Position numbers and translations under genes: made by a program. A stretch of 64,000 nucleotides of DNA from Fidelibacterota bacterium (GTDB lineage Bacteria > Fidelibacterota > Marinisomatia > Marinisomatales > TCS56): positions 49,993-113,992 of the forward strand of contig JBDRBK010000115.1 in NCBI GenBank assembly GCA_043822705.1. The letters are read 5' to 3'. The notes below the pieces were generated by a model. That model did not search any database. It was not told where the DNA came from and saw nothing but the letters and a program-made list of their open reading frames with translations. Position 1 is the stretch's first letter; every line of letters begins with the position of its first letter. Below are positions 8,833 through 19,522 of the stretch, piece by piece.

Positions 8833-11124
8833 TTGAACAGGAATACGGTGAGTAAGGATTTCAAATATATCGGTCGGTCGGTCCCCCGGGTCGACGCCGC
8901 CGGCAAGGTAACCGGCCGGACCCGCTTTGTCACCGATGAATTCTTGGATCGGATGGTCCATGCCTACCCGTTTTATTCCGCCATTCCGTTCGGTCGGGTG
9001 ACGGCCATCGATATTGCACCGGCAGCCTCGCAACCGGGAATTCTGGGCGTGCTGACCGCTCGCGATATCCCTGGGAAAAATCAGGTGGGGGTCATTATCG
9101 AGGATCAGCCGCTACTGGCCGATCCGGTGGTGCGCTTCGTCGGCGATACGATCGGGATCGTCGTAGCCGAGACCGCAGTCGCCGCCCGCCGGGCCGCCCG
9201 CCTGGTGATGGTGCAGTACGAAGAATTCGAACCGATTTTCTCGATCGCTGAAAGCAAAGCCGCCACCGGTAATTTTATCCACGATTCCAATGTGGCCTGT
9301 CGCCACCGGGTCGATAAAGGCGATATCGAAGCCGGTTTCGCTTCCGCCGACCAAATCATCGAGGCCGATTTCGTCACGCCGTTTCAGGAACATTATTACC
9401 TGGAACCACAGGGTTGTATCGTCATCCCGGAAGATGACGGCAGCGTCACGGTCCACGGTTCGATCCAGTGCATTTATTATGTCCAGAAAGCAGTGGCCCG
9501 GGTACTGGGAATTCCCTTCAGCAAAGTCCGGGTGGTCCAGTCGCCGATCGGCGGCGGCTTCGGCGGCAAGGAGGATATTCCATCGGAGCTCTGCGCCCGT
9601 GCCGCGTTAGCGGCCGTAAAATTCAATCGGCCGGTAAAAATGGTATACAACCGCCGCGACGACGTGCAACTTACCAGCAAACGGCACCCGTTTCAGATTC
9701 ATTTCAAGGTCGGCGTCACCAATGACGGCCGTTTGCTGGCGGCCGATATCCGGCTGGAAGAGAACTCCGGCGCCTACGCCACTTTGTCGACCGTCGTATC
9801 CTCCCGCAGCACGATTCACGCCATGGGACCCTACGTGATTCCCAATATCCGGGTGCGCTCGACCGCCTGGTACACCAACCTGCCCACCACCGGCGCCTTC
9901 CGTGGTTTCGGTTCGCCCCAGGCCACTTTCGGTCACGAGCGGATGCTGGACATCATCGCCGACAGCCTGGGTATCGATCCGGTGGAACTGCGGCTGAAAA
10001 ACGTGCTGCGAACCGGCGACCTGACCCAGACCGGCCAGAAATTATCCGTCAGTGTGGGTGCGGAAGAGACGATTACCCGCAGCCGGGACCGCTCGGATTG
10101 GAACGCCGTTCGCTCGGCTCGGACGTCCGCCGGGCGCTACCTGAGCGGCATCGGGATCGCCGCCTCCCATTACGGCAATTGCCTGGGTGCCGCCGGCTGG
10201 GCGCTGGACGGGGCCGGCGCCAAAATCCAGATTCGCCGTGATGGTTCGGTGGCTGTTGCTTATGGACTGGCCGAGATGGGCCAGGGCGCCCTGACCGCCG
10301 TGACCCAGATGACGGCCGAGGCGCTGGGGATCGATTCCGGCCGGATTACCGTGCCTGCGCCGAGTACTGACCTGGTACCGGACAGCGGTCCCGGCGTCGC
10401 CAGCCGCAATGTGGTCATGACCGGCAACGCGATTCGTGATGCCGCCGCCAAACTGGCGCCGATCCTGAAAACCGCCGCCGCTGCCATGCTGGAAACCGAT
10501 CCGGAAAAAATTACGATTGCCGGCGACCGGATTCTGGTCGACGAGACCGAAAAATCCGACTTCGGCACCCTGGCCGATTACCTGTTCACCGGCAATTACC
10601 AGATGGATATGCTGGGCTGGTGGCACGTGCCGGCGCTGAATTACGATCCGGAAAAGGGGATCGGCGAGGCCTATTTTACCTATTCCTACGCCACCCATGT
10701 GGCTAAGGTGCGGGTGGATCGCCTGACAGGGCTGGTCCACGTGGACAAAATCTGGGCTGCCCATGATATCGGTCAGGCCATCAATCCCGCCGGACTGGAG
10801 GGGCAGGTGGAAGGTGGTACGACCCAGGGCATCGGTTGGGCTTTGACCGAACAGTTCAAATTTGACCGCGGCCGGGTGCTGACCGGAAATCTTTCGACCT
10901 ATTTATTGCCCACGGCCGCCGATGTAGGCGAGGTGGAAACGATCCTGGTGGAAGCCGCTGAACCGCTGGGTCCCTGGGGCGCCAAGGGTATCGGCGAACC
11001 GGCGGTGATTCCCACGGCGGCGGCAATTGCCAACGCCGTCAGCCACGCCATCGGCGTGCAGTTGAATGAGATTCCGTTGACACCCGAAAAAGTGTTGGCC
11101 GCCATCGAAGGGAGAGACCGCTGA
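8833..11124 (+). CDS. Xanthine dehydrogenase-family molybdopterin-binding large subunit (set 1)
   Basis: RVDAAGKVTG, GGGFGGKE, AFRGFG and GIGEP motifs of the aldehyde oxidase/XDH a/b-hammerhead and MoCo domains. The start is uncertain (TTG 8833 or GTG 8848). Confidence 0.9.
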   Translation: MNRNTVSKDFKYIGRSVPRVDAAGKVTGRTRFVTDEFLDRMVHAYPFYSAIPFGRVTAIDIAPAASQPGILGVLTARDIPGKNQVGVIIEDQPLLADPVVRFVGDTIGIVVAETAVAARRAARLVMVQYEEFEPIFSIAESKAATGNFIHDSNVACRHRVDKGDIEAGFASADQIIEADFVTPFQEHYYLEPQGCIVIPEDDGSVTVHGSIQCIYYVQKAVARVLGIPFSKVRVVQSPIGGGFGGKEDIPSELCARAALAAVKFNRPVKMVYNRRDDVQLTSKRHPFQIHFKVGVTNDGRLLAADIRLEENSGAYATLSTVVSSRSTIHAMGPYVIPNIRVRSTAWYTNLPTTGAFRGFGSPQATFGHERMLDIIADSLGIDPVELRLKNVLRTGDLTQTGQKLSVSVGAEETITRSRDRSDWNAVRSARTSAGRYLSGIGIAASHYGNCLGAAGWALDGAGAKIQIRRDGSVAVAYGLAEMGQGALTAVTQMTAEALGIDSGRITVPAPSTDLVPDSGPGVASRNVVMTGNAIRDAAAKLAPILKTAAAAMLETDPEKITIAGDRILVDETEKSDFGTLADYLFTGNYQMDMLGWWHVPALNYDPEKGIGEAYFTYSYATHVAKVRVDRLTGLVHVDKIWAAHDIGQAINPAGLEGQVEGGTTQGIGWALTEQFKFDRGRVLTGNLSTYLLPTAADVGEVETILVEAAEPLGPWGAKGIGEPAVIPTAAAIANAVSHAIGVQLNEIPLTPEKVLAAIEGRDR

Positions 11125-12449
11125 TGGATCTGATTCTGACCAACGGCCGGATCGCCAGTCCCGGTACCAATCCCGGGCTGATCGAGGAAGGTTTTATTGC
11201 TATCCAGGATGGCGTGATCGTCGCCGTCGGCGCCGCGTTGCCGGAAGGCCTGTCCGCCGGACAGGTCGTCGATCTGGCCGGTAAACTGGTGTTGCCGGGC
11301 ATGATCAACGCTCACACCCATTTATATTCGGCTCTGGCCTTGGGGATGCCCTGGCCGGCGGCGCCACCGCAGAATTTCGTCGAGAAACTGCAGAAAATCT
11401 GGTGGCGGCTGGACCGAGCCCTCGATACAGAATCCACCCGCGCCTCGTTTGCGGCGGGACTGTTGGATTGCCTCCACAGCGGGGTGACCACGGTGATCGA
11501 CCACCATTCCAGTCAGAATTTCATCGGCGGCTCGCTGGAGCTGCTGGCGGAAGTGGCCGAAACCATCGGAATCAATGTGGCGGCGGCCTTCGAAATCACC
11601 GATCGCAACGGTCCCGCCGGATTCCAGGCCGGACTGCAAGAAAACCTCGATTTTTTTAATAATTATCGCAATCACCCCAACATCCGGCCGCTGATCGGTT
11701 TGCATGCATCATTCACCCTGTTGGACGAGTCGTTGGCGACAATTCGCCGGACCCTGGGTGATGATTGTGATTGGGGTGTTCATATCCACGTTTCCGAAGA
11801 TCAGGCCGACGAAACCGACGCCCGCAATCGTGGCTACCGCTCGGTGATCGACCGCCTGCAAGCCTTCGATCTGATCAATCAGTGCAGCCTGATTATTCAC
11901 GGTCTTCACATGCCGCCGGAGGATGTGGATATTCTGGCGCAGACCGGTGCCCTGCTGGTGCATAATCCCACCTCGAATGCCAACAACCGGGTCGGCATTT
12001 TGAGTGCCGCTACCGTCAACAGATTAAAAGCCGGACTAGGTACCGACGGCATGCAGGCCAATCTGCTGAACGAGGCCAAGGAAGGTACCCTGATCCGCAG
12101 CCACAGTCTGACGGGCGGGGCCGACAACCTGGATTACAGCCAACTCTTGTTCGATCACAATCCGGCGATCGCCTCGCGAATCTTCGGGCGGTCGATCGGC
12201 AAAATCCAGGTGGGGGCTTCCGCCGATCTGGCGATCTATGATTATTCCCCCCGGACGGAACTGTCCGCCGCCAATCTGAGCGGCCACCTGCTGTTCGGGC
12301 TGGATCGGCCCGAAGCGGTCATTATCAACGGAAAGTTTAAACTGCGTGACCGGCAATGCGTCACGCTCGACGAAGATGAACTACTGCACAAAGCGCGGTT
12401 CCAGTCACGGAAATTATGGGCCGCCATGGAACAATTAACTGTGAGATGA
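11124..12449 (+). CDS. ssnA: Putative aminohydrolase SsnA
   Basis: Amidohydrolase fold ([19 protein letters not shown]). Its start overlaps the XDH stop (TGATG), and it sits next to ygeY/ygeW as in E. coli. Confidence 0.8.
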   Translation: MDLILTNGRIASPGTNPGLIEEGFIAIQDGVIVAVGAALPEGLSAGQVVDLAGKLVLPGMINAHTHLYSALALGMPWPAAPPQNFVEKLQKIWWRLDRALDTESTRASFAAGLLDCLHSGVTTVIDHHSSQNFIGGSLELLAEVAETIGINVAAAFEITDRNGPAGFQAGLQENLDFFNNYRNHPNIRPLIGLHASFTLLDESLATIRRTLGDDCDWGVHIHVSEDQADETDARNRGYRSVIDRLQAFDLINQCSLIIHGLHMPPEDVDILAQTGALLVHNPTSNANNRVGILSAATVNRLKAGLGTDGMQANLLNEAKEGTLIRSHSLTGGADNLDYSQLLFDHNPAIASRIFGRSIGKIQVGASADLAIYDYSPRTELSAANLSGHLLFGLDRPEAVIINGKFKLRDRQCVTLDEDELLHKARFQSRKLWAAMEQLTVR

Positions 12450-13684
12450 AAATGGATTTTATGAAAATCAAACACCAGGCCGAATTTTACCGGTTCGACA
12501 TGGTCCGCTTTCTGCGGGACATGATCGCGATTCCCGGTGAAAGCGGCCAGGAGGCAGCGGTGATTAAACGGGCCGCCGAGGAAATGGAAAAAGTCGGCTT
12601 CGACCGCATCGAGATCGACGATTTCGGCAACCTGCGCGGCTGGCTGGGGCATGGCAAACACCTGATTGCCATGGACGGCCATATCGACACGGTAGGCGTC
12701 GGCAATCGTGCCAACTGGGAGTTCGATCCCTATTCCGGTAAAGAGGATGATGACTGTGTCTATGGTCGCGGCGCCTCCGATCAGGAAGGCGGGATTGCAG
12801 CGATGGTCTATGCCGGAAAAATTATCAAGGACCTGGGTCTGGAGGATGACTATACCCTGGTGGTAACGGCCACGATCCAGGAAGAGGACTGTGACGGTCT
12901 TTGCTGGCAGTATATCATCGATAAGACCGGACTGCGGCCGGAGTTCGTGGTGATCAGCGAACCGACCTCGTGCCGGGTCTACCGCGGCCAGCGCGGCCGG
13001 ATGGAAATCAAGGTCAGCACCAGCGGAATCAGCGCCCACGGTTCGGCGCCGGAACGGGGCGATAACGCTATTTACAAGATGGCGCCGATCCTGGCCGAAC
13101 TGGAGCAGTTGAACGGTCGCCTGGCCGATCACGATTTTCTGGGCAAGGGATCGCTGACAGTGTCGGAAATTTTCTTTTCGTCACCCTCGCGCTGCGCCGT
13201 GGCCGATGGCTGCTCGATCTCGATCGACCGACGCCTGACCTTCGGCGAAACCATGGAATCGGCCCTGGCCGAAATCCGGTCCCTGCCGGCGGTCCAAAAA
13301 GCCGGTGCCGAAGTGGCGCTCTACGATTACGACCGGCCGTCCTATCGCGGCGTCCGCTACCCGACCGCCTCCTATTTTCCGACCTGGTTGATCGACGCCG
13401 ATCATCCCGCCACCCGGACCGTGGTGGATGCTTACCGCGGACTGTTCGGCAACGAACCGCTGGTCGACAAATGGACATTTTCCACCAACGGTGTAGCAAT
13501 CATGGGCAAGTACGGGATTCCCTGCATCGGTTTCGGTCCCGGCCACGAAGACCAGGCCCACGCTCCCAACGAGCGCACCTGGAAAGAAGAGCTGGTCACC
13601 GCCGCCGCCGTCTACGCCACCATCCCCAAAATTTATGTGAACAATTATGCTGCTGGTGCCAAAACCGGAAGCGAGCTGGAGTAA
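12446..13684 (+). CDS. ygeY: YgeY-family selenium-metabolism-linked M20 peptidase/hydrolase
   Basis: [28 protein letters not shown] and the M20 dimerisation region. ATGA overlap with the ssnA stop. Confidence 0.85.
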   Translation: MKMDFMKIKHQAEFYRFDMVRFLRDMIAIPGESGQEAAVIKRAAEEMEKVGFDRIEIDDFGNLRGWLGHGKHLIAMDGHIDTVGVGNRANWEFDPYSGKEDDDCVYGRGASDQEGGIAAMVYAGKIIKDLGLEDDYTLVVTATIQEEDCDGLCWQYIIDKTGLRPEFVVISEPTSCRVYRGQRGRMEIKVSTSGISAHGSAPERGDNAIYKMAPILAELEQLNGRLADHDFLGKGSLTVSEIFFSSPSRCAVADGCSISIDRRLTFGETMESALAEIRSLPAVQKAGAEVALYDYDRPSYRGVRYPTASYFPTWLIDADHPATRTVVDAYRGLFGNEPLVDKWTFSTNGVAIMGKYGIPCIGFGPGHEDQAHAPNERTWKEELVTAAAVYATIPKIYVNNYAAGAKTGSELE

Positions 13685-13686
13685 CT

Positions 13687-14694
13687 ATGAAATTTGATAA
13701 GGAATTGATCGATCGGCTGAAAGGCAAGCATTTCATCACCCTGCAGGACTGGTCCAAAGCGGACATCGATGCCCTGCTGGAACTTTCCGCCGACCTGAAA
13801 CAGAAATTCAAGACCGGTGAAATCACCGATTACCTGAAAAATCAGACCGTATTTCTGATGTTCTTCGAGCAGTCCACCCGCACCCGCAATTCCATGGAGG
13901 CGGGTATCACCCAGTTAGGCGGGCATGCTCATTACCTGGACACCAGCACGATGCAGATATCCCACGGCGAATCGCCCAAGGACACGGCGGTGATTTTATC
14001 CCGCTACGGGCATGCCATCGCCTGCCGCAACTGTTTCTGGGAGATCGGCAACAAGTATCTGAACGATATGGCGGAATGGTCGCCAGCACCGATCATTAAC
14101 ATGCAGTGCGATAAATACCATCCGCTGCAGGCCCTGGCCGACCTGCTGACGATGCAGGAAAAACTGGACAATCTGCAGGGTAAAAAAGTCTCGATCATCT
14201 GGGCCTACGCCACCAGCCATAAAAAGCCGATATCGGTGCCGCTGTCACAGATTTTGTTGTTCCCGCGCTACGGCATGGATGTGACCCTGGCCCACCCCGA
14301 GGGCTACGAGATGCCCGACTGGGCGCTGGCTCAGGCCCGGCGGAATGCGGCTGAAAACGGCGGCCGGTTCCGGATCACTCACGATCAGGATGCCGCCTAT
14401 CAGGATGCCCAGATCGTGATCCCCAAGAACTGGGGCAGTTGGGTCAGCAACCAGAGCACCGCCGTTGTGGACGATCTGCTGGAAAAGAACCGTTACTGGA
14501 AATGCACCGCCGAACGGATGAAATTGACCGCCGCCGCCCGGTACATGCACGCCTTACCGGCGGATCGCGGTAACGAAGTCGAGGATGCCGTCATCGACGG
14601 ACCGCAGTCGATCGTTTACGACGAGGCGGAAAACCGCCTGCACACTTCCAAGGCCGTGATGGCCCTGACCATGGGAGGGATCGATCGTGGATAA
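13687..14694 (+). CDS. ygeW: Knotted carbamoyltransferase YgeW
   Basis: STRTR motif and GMDVTLAHPEGY, which matches my recollection of E. coli YgeW, plus HALPADRG. The upstream extension in the ORF track (13471) overlaps ygeY and was rejected. Confidence 0.9.
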   Translation: MKFDKELIDRLKGKHFITLQDWSKADIDALLELSADLKQKFKTGEITDYLKNQTVFLMFFEQSTRTRNSMEAGITQLGGHAHYLDTSTMQISHGESPKDTAVILSRYGHAIACRNCFWEIGNKYLNDMAEWSPAPIINMQCDKYHPLQALADLLTMQEKLDNLQGKKVSIIWAYATSHKKPISVPLSQILLFPRYGMDVTLAHPEGYEMPDWALAQARRNAAENGGRFRITHDQDAAYQDAQIVIPKNWGSWVSNQSTAVVDDLLEKNRYWKCTAERMKLTAAARYMHALPADRGNEVEDAVIDGPQSIVYDEAENRLHTSKAVMALTMGGIDRG

Positions 14695-16156
14695 ATCGCC
14701 CGCCCGGATTCTGGAAAATACCGTTCGGCGCTGCCGGGAAAACAATGTCATTATTCCCACCTATCGGCAGATGGCCAACCCCGACTTGATTCCGGCCGGG
14801 ATCCGGCAGGAATTGCGTTCGATCGGGCTGTGGGACCTGAATCCCCGCAATCTGTTCCGAATCACCTGGAAGAATGAACCGGTGAAGCAGGGCGGGGGCT
14901 TTGGTCCGGTCAATTACCTGGAATTGCCCACAGCCCTGACCGGTGTACCGGCGCGGATTTTCGTCCTGCTGGGCAAATATTTTCCCACCGGTGCCCACAA
15001 GGTAGGCGCCACGTTCGGTCCGCTGGTCGAAAAGCTGGTGACCGGCAGGCTCGATCCCACCACCCAGAAAGCGTTGTGGCCCTCCACCGGTAATTACTGC
15101 CGCGGCGGCGCCTTTAATTCCTACCTGCTGGGGTGCCCGTCGATTGCGATCCTGCCGGAAGAAATGTCGGCGGAACGTTTCGCCTGGCTGAAGGAGATCG
15201 GTTCCGAGGTGATCGCCACTCCCGGCGGCGAAAGCAACGTCAAGGAGATATACGACAAGGTCAAGGAACTGGTGGCCGAGCGCGGCGACGAGATCGTGGT
15301 CCTGAATCAGTTCGCCGAGATCGGCAATCCTCTCTGGCATTACGCCGTTACCGGTCCCGCCATGGCCGAAGTGTTCGCCGCCAAATGCGGCGACCGGGCC
15401 CGGTTCAGCGGAGTGTTCCTGACCCAGGGGTCGGCCGGCACCTTGGGCAGCGGTGATTACCTGAAAGAGATTTTCCCGGCCGTCAAGATCGGGGCTGGCG
15501 AGGCGCTGCAGTGCCCGACCCTGCTTTACAATGGCTTCGGCGCTCACCGCATCGAGGGGATTGGTGACAAGCACGTACCCTGGATTCACAATTTGCGCAA
15601 CACCGATATGGTGGTTGCCATCGATGACAATATCGTCATGTCGGCCCTGCGCCTGTTCAACGAGCCAGCCGGTCAGCGGGTGCTGGAAGACCGCGGGGTT
15701 CCGGCTGCGTTTATCGAACAATTGCATCATTTCGGCATCTCCGGCATCGGCAACATCATCGGGGCGATTAAAATGGCCCGCTATTACGAAATGAACGAGA
15801 ATGACGTCATCTTCACGGTAGCCACCGATTCCATGGAAATGTACCAGTCCCGGCTGGCCGAAGCAACCGCGCAGCAAGGCGAGTACGGTGCCACCCGGGC
15901 GGCGATCGATTTCGACGGGCGCTGGTGCGAGCTGGGTGTCGATAATCTGCTGGAATTGTCGCATTATGACCGCAAACGGATGCATAACCTGAAATATTTC
16001 ACCTGGGTCGAGCAGCAGGGCAAGACGGCGGAAGAATTGAACGCCCAGTGGTACGACGAAAATTACTGGAAACGGCAGTACGCCCAGGTCGAAGAATGGG
16101 ACCGGGCCATCGATGAATTCAACGAACGCACGGGAGTGATCGGAAAATACCGGTAA
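14687..16156 (+). CDS. PLP-dependent enzyme, fold type II (tryptophan-synthase-beta-like), 489 aa
   Basis: Putative lysine motif PTGAHKVGATFG and a glycine-rich GSAGTLGSG loop. Overlaps the ygeW stop. The exact function is not recognisable. Confidence 0.7.
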   Translation: MDKSPARILENTVRRCRENNVIIPTYRQMANPDLIPAGIRQELRSIGLWDLNPRNLFRITWKNEPVKQGGGFGPVNYLELPTALTGVPARIFVLLGKYFPTGAHKVGATFGPLVEKLVTGRLDPTTQKALWPSTGNYCRGGAFNSYLLGCPSIAILPEEMSAERFAWLKEIGSEVIATPGGESNVKEIYDKVKELVAERGDEIVVLNQFAEIGNPLWHYAVTGPAMAEVFAAKCGDRARFSGVFLTQGSAGTLGSGDYLKEIFPAVKIGAGEALQCPTLLYNGFGAHRIEGIGDKHVPWIHNLRNTDMVVAIDDNIVMSALRLFNEPAGQRVLEDRGVPAAFIEQLHHFGISGIGNIIGAIKMARYYEMNENDVIFTVATDSMEMYQSRLAEATAQQGEYGATRAAIDFDGRWCELGVDNLLELSHYDRKRMHNLKYFTWVEQQGKTAEELNAQWYDENYWKRQYAQVEEWDRAIDEFNERTGVIGKYR

Positions 16157-16175
16157 TGACTGACAGAGCAGCGGA

Positions 16176-17423
16176 ATGATGGAACTGGAGCAACGTTTGC
16201 AAGGCTATCGCTGTCTGGAGTGTGGCAAGCTCCAGCCGCCGGAGCCATTCCCCTATACCTGCGGCAGTTGCGGCGCCAATCTGGACGCCGTTTATAATTA
16301 TGATGTGATCGGCCGACACTGGGATCGGCCGAGACTGGCCGGCACTCGCGATCGATCGCTGTGGCGCTACGCTCCCTTGTTACCGGTTATCGAACCGCTG
16401 GCTGGTTGCTCAATTCAGGTGGGCGGCACACCGCTGGTGGCGGTTCCCCGCCTGGCCGATGAAATTGGTATAACAAACCTGTGGATCAAGGATGATACGC
16501 GCAATCCTTCGGGCAGCCTGAAGGACCGGGCCTCGGAGGTCGGTCTGTGTCATGCCGCCGAAGCGGGACTCGAGACACTGGTGACCGCCTCCACCGGCAA
16601 TGCAGCAGCCTCCCTGGCAGCCCTGGCGGCTTATCACGGCCGGCAGGCGGTGATTCTGGCCCCGGCTGACGCACCACCGGCCAAGCTGACCCAGATTCTG
16701 CAATATGGCGCGACCCTGTGTCCGGTGGACGGCAGCTATGACGATGCCTTCGATCTGGCCACGGTAGTTGCCGGTCACTTCGGCTGGTACCTGCGCAGCA
16801 CCGGGATCAACCCGGTCATGTCGGAAGGGAAGAAAACCGTTGCCCTGGAAATCGCCGAACAACTGGACTGGCAGGTGCCCGATTTCATCTTCGTGCCGGT
16901 GGGCGACGGCTGCATCATCGGCGGTGTTTTCAAGGGATTCTTTGACCTGCTGCAGCTGGGTTGGATCGACCGGCTGCCACGGATCGTGGCGGTGCAGGCC
17001 GAGGGATCGGCGGCGATCGTGCGGGCTCTGGAGGCGAATTCTGAAATTGTGGCGGTAGCGGCCAACACGGTGGCGGACAGCATCGCCGTTGACCTGCCCC
17101 GTGACGGATTGAAAGCGCTACGGGCGGTGCGGGAATCAGATGGATTCGGAATCGTCGTCAGCGATGAAGCGATTTTACAGGCTCAGAAGAAGTTAGCGGA
17201 GACGACCGGTATTTTCGTCGAACCGGCTGCCGCCGCCGCCTTCGCCGGATTATTGCGTGCCCGCGAAGGTGACTTGATTAAAAGCGGCGAATCGGCGGTT
17301 GTACTGGCCACCGGCAGTGGACTGAAGGATATTGCCGCGGCTCAAAGAATACTATCCATCCCGGCTGCCATCCGGCCGGATATCGAATCATTTGTACAAT
17401 TTATTGAAACGACCAGTAGGTAG
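16176..17423 (+). CDS. Threonine-synthase-like PLP enzyme with N-terminal zinc ribbon
   Basis: CLECG...CGSCG ribbon, the GSLKDRAS PLP-lysine motif and TASTGNAA. Confidence 0.75.
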   Translation: MMELEQRLQGYRCLECGKLQPPEPFPYTCGSCGANLDAVYNYDVIGRHWDRPRLAGTRDRSLWRYAPLLPVIEPLAGCSIQVGGTPLVAVPRLADEIGITNLWIKDDTRNPSGSLKDRASEVGLCHAAEAGLETLVTASTGNAAASLAALAAYHGRQAVILAPADAPPAKLTQILQYGATLCPVDGSYDDAFDLATVVAGHFGWYLRSTGINPVMSEGKKTVALEIAEQLDWQVPDFIFVPVGDGCIIGGVFKGFFDLLQLGWIDRLPRIVAVQAEGSAAIVRALEANSEIVAVAANTVADSIAVDLPRDGLKALRAVRESDGFGIVVSDEAILQAQKKLAETTGIFVEPAAAAAFAGLLRAREGDLIKSGESAVVLATGSGLKDIAAAQRILSIPAAIRPDIESFVQFIETTSR

Positions 17424-17430
17424 CGAACTG

Positions 17431-17913
17431 ATGCTGTTTTCCGATAAACCCGAGTATTTTGACCTCAGCGTCACCATCAATGGCAAGTTGATCCGGCGAA
17501 CGGTCCTGACTCACCTGCGCCTGCTGGATTTCTTACGGGATGACCTGCGCCTCACCGGCGCCAAGGAAGTCTGCGGCGAAGGTGAATGCGGTGCGTGCAC
17601 CGTGATCCTGGATGGAAAAACGGTCAATTCCTGCCTGATCCTGGCGGTTGAGACCCACGGTTCGACAATTCAGACGATTGAGGGAATGACACCGGCCAGT
17701 GGATTTACGGAATTGCAGAAGTCTTTCGTTGACCAGCATTCGGTCCAGTGCGGCTACTGCATTCCCGGAATGGTGCTGTCGGCGGATCAATTGCAGCGTG
17801 ATTGTAACAATCCTGACCACGAAGCTGTGAAGGAGGGGTTGACCGGGAATATCTGCCGCTGTACCGGTTATAAGAAAATTATTGCTGCCGTAGAAAAGGG
17901 GTCGGACGGATGA
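17431..17913 (+). CDS. (2Fe-2S)-binding small subunit of an XDH-family enzyme (set 1)
   Basis: CGEGECGACTV and QCGYCIPG...CRCTGY cluster motifs. ATG at 17431 is preferred over the upstream extension. Confidence 0.9.
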   Translation: MLFSDKPEYFDLSVTINGKLIRRTVLTHLRLLDFLRDDLRLTGAKEVCGEGECGACTVILDGKTVNSCLILAVETHGSTIQTIEGMTPASGFTELQKSFVDQHSVQCGYCIPGMVLSADQLQRDCNNPDHEAVKEGLTGNICRCTGYKKIIAAVEKGSDG

Positions 17914-18746
17914 AATATTACCGGCCCGAAACGACGGCACAGTTATTCACCCTGTTGACTGATATACCGGCTAATCGCCGGACCCTGCTGGCGGGAGGAA
18001 CCGATCTGCTGCCGCGTTATGAAAATGGATCAGCGCTGCCGGATAATCTGATCGATTTGAAAAAAATACCTGACTTCTGTGGGATAACCGAGTTTAGCGA
18101 CCGGATCGAAATCGGCGCGCTCACTACGATCGAAATACTGAAAAATAACGCGCTGGTCCGTGATCATTTTCATGGCCTCTGGCTGGCGACGACCCAATTC
18201 GCCGGTGTGCAGATTCGACACCGGGCCACCCTGGGCGGCAATATCGTTAATGCATCACCGGCCGGCGATACATTGCCGGCACTTTACGCACACCGGGCGA
18301 AGCTGCGTCTAATCGGTCCTACGGCAGAGCGGGAAGTAGCGATCGCTGATTTTATATCCGGTCCCGGCAAAACTATCACCAGGGAGGATGAAATTCTGCA
18401 GGCCGTAATCCTGCCGAAAAGCGCCGGCTTTTCCACCTTTTATAAGCTGGGACTGCGCCAGACAATGGCCATTTCGGTGGTGAATTTTGCCCTAGTCGGA
18501 AAGATTATGTCCGGCGGATTCACTAATCTGACGATCGCCGCCGGGGCGGTGGCGCCGACGGTGAAATACCTTTTCCGGTTCAGCACTACTGTAGTGCAAG
18601 AAGGCCGCTCACTCGGCGATAGTATCGACCTGGTCGATGCGGACATCGCTCCGATTGATGATATCCGGGCTTCGGCTGACTACCGCCGCCGGGCACTGAA
18701 AAATGTGCTGGTGTTTACACTGCAAGAATTGGTGAATAAAGGATGA
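17910..18746 (+). CDS. FAD-binding (CoxM/XdhB-like) medium subunit (set 1)
   Basis: LLAGGTDLLP, ATLGGNI and a C-terminal CO-dehydrogenase flavoprotein domain (SADYRR). Confidence 0.85.
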   Translation: MKYYRPETTAQLFTLLTDIPANRRTLLAGGTDLLPRYENGSALPDNLIDLKKIPDFCGITEFSDRIEIGALTTIEILKNNALVRDHFHGLWLATTQFAGVQIRHRATLGGNIVNASPAGDTLPALYAHRAKLRLIGPTAEREVAIADFISGPGKTITREDEILQAVILPKSAGFSTFYKLGLRQTMAISVVNFALVGKIMSGGFTNLTIAAGAVAPTVKYLFRFSTTVVQEGRSLGDSIDLVDADIAPIDDIRASADYRRRALKNVLVFTLQELVNKG

Positions 18747-18771
18747 CAGAGCAATGCTGCAGTTCAAATTC

Positions 18772-18853
18772 GACCCCTTCAGGGTCATGGCCTCTGTGCA
18801 GAGGTACTATCGGTTGCGCCGATAGTTATTCATATTCAATCCCTGCAGGATTG
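18772..18853. repeat. REP/BIME-like multi-hairpin repeat, copy A (first ~82 bp only)
   Basis: Aligns with 18892-18973 and 19521-19602. Hairpins: GACCC..GGGTC, CCTCTGTGCAGAGG, TATCGG....CCGATA, CAATCCC...GGATTG. Confidence 0.8.
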
Positions 18854-18891
18854 TTCTCTGGTACAATGCAAAGTAGGTTTTGCTGGAGTTT

Positions 18892-19070
18892 GACCCCTTC
18901 CAGGTCAGAGCCTCTGTGCAGAGGCCCTATCGGCCACACCGATAGTTATTCATATTCAATCCCTCCGGGATTGCTCAAACGGTGTTATACCGATTTCGAA
19001 AACTCCGAAGGAGTTTAATGTGAATAGACGGTTAAATTTGAATAATACGACAACCCCGGAGGGGTTGAAT
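18892..19070. repeat. REP/BIME-like multi-hairpin repeat, copy B (full length), ending just before the RAYT start codon
   Basis: ~180 bp direct repeat of 19521-19700. Contains six short hairpins, the last being CAACCCCGGAGGGGTTG. Confidence 0.85.
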
Positions 19071-19075
19071 AAATA

Positions 19076-19522
19076 GTGTCAACATATACGCAAATATATT
19101 ATCATATCATTTTTTCGACTAAAAACAGGGTGCCCTGCCTTAAAGAAGCGGGCCGTGATGAATTATTCAAATATATCTGGGGTATTGTTAAAAATAAGGA
19201 TTGCCACCTGTATCGAATTAATGGCGTTGAGGACCACGTTCATATATTGATTAGCCTGAAACCAGCGGTTGCCCTCGCTGATTTGGTTAAAGATATTAAG
19301 GTAGCAACCTCAATTTGGATAAAAGAACGGAATATTTTTCCACGATTCGAAGGCTGGCAGGGGGGATATGCCGCCTTTACATATGCGGACAAAGATAAAA
19401 ACACCGTAATCAATTATATAAAAAACCAGGTTGAACATCATCGGAAGAGAAGTTTCCGCGAAGAGGTCGAAGCTCTGTTAAAAGAACATGGTGTTGATGT
19501 TGATGAAAGGTTTTTGGTTTGA
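19076..19522 (+). CDS. IS200/IS605-like Y1 (HUH) transposase of the REP-associated (RAYT) type
   Basis: 148 aa with YHIIFSTKNR, the HUH motif HVHILIS, and a C-terminal Y in INYIKNQVEHH. Flanked by structured repeats. Confidence 0.8.
   Translation: MSTYTQIYYHIIFSTKNRVPCLKEAGRDELFKYIWGIVKNKDCHLYRINGVEDHVHILISLKPAVALADLVKDIKVATSIWIKERNIFPRFEGWQGGYAAFTYADKDKNTVINYIKNQVEHHRKRSFREEVEALLKEHGVDVDERFLV

Noticed and set aside
13471-13686. N-terminal extensions proposed by the ORF track for ygeW (13471), the 2Fe-2S subunit (17332), the secreted protein (34835), the DUF512 protein (55687), the EEP lipoprotein (59095) and SRPBCC (3277)
   Set aside because: The extensions overlap upstream genes or encode R/P-rich junk. 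Internal ATGs coincide with family-typical N-termini, signal peptides and/or Shine-Dalgarno sequences.
14591-15985. Long antisense ORFs inside well-supported genes, for example 14591-15985(-) 464 aa, 40497-41609(-) 370 aa, 30551-31672(-) 373 aa, 12242-13132(-) 296 aa, 22544-22900(-) and 44621-45328(-)
   Set aside because: These are typical shadow ORFs of GC-rich coding DNA. Their translations are R/G/P/A-rich with no recognisable motifs, and the opposite strand encodes clearly identifiable proteins.
18743-19018. 91-aa ORF between the FAD subunit gene and the transposase
   Set aside because: It lies entirely within two copies of the multi-hairpin repeat, and its internally duplicated translation reflects the DNA repeat.
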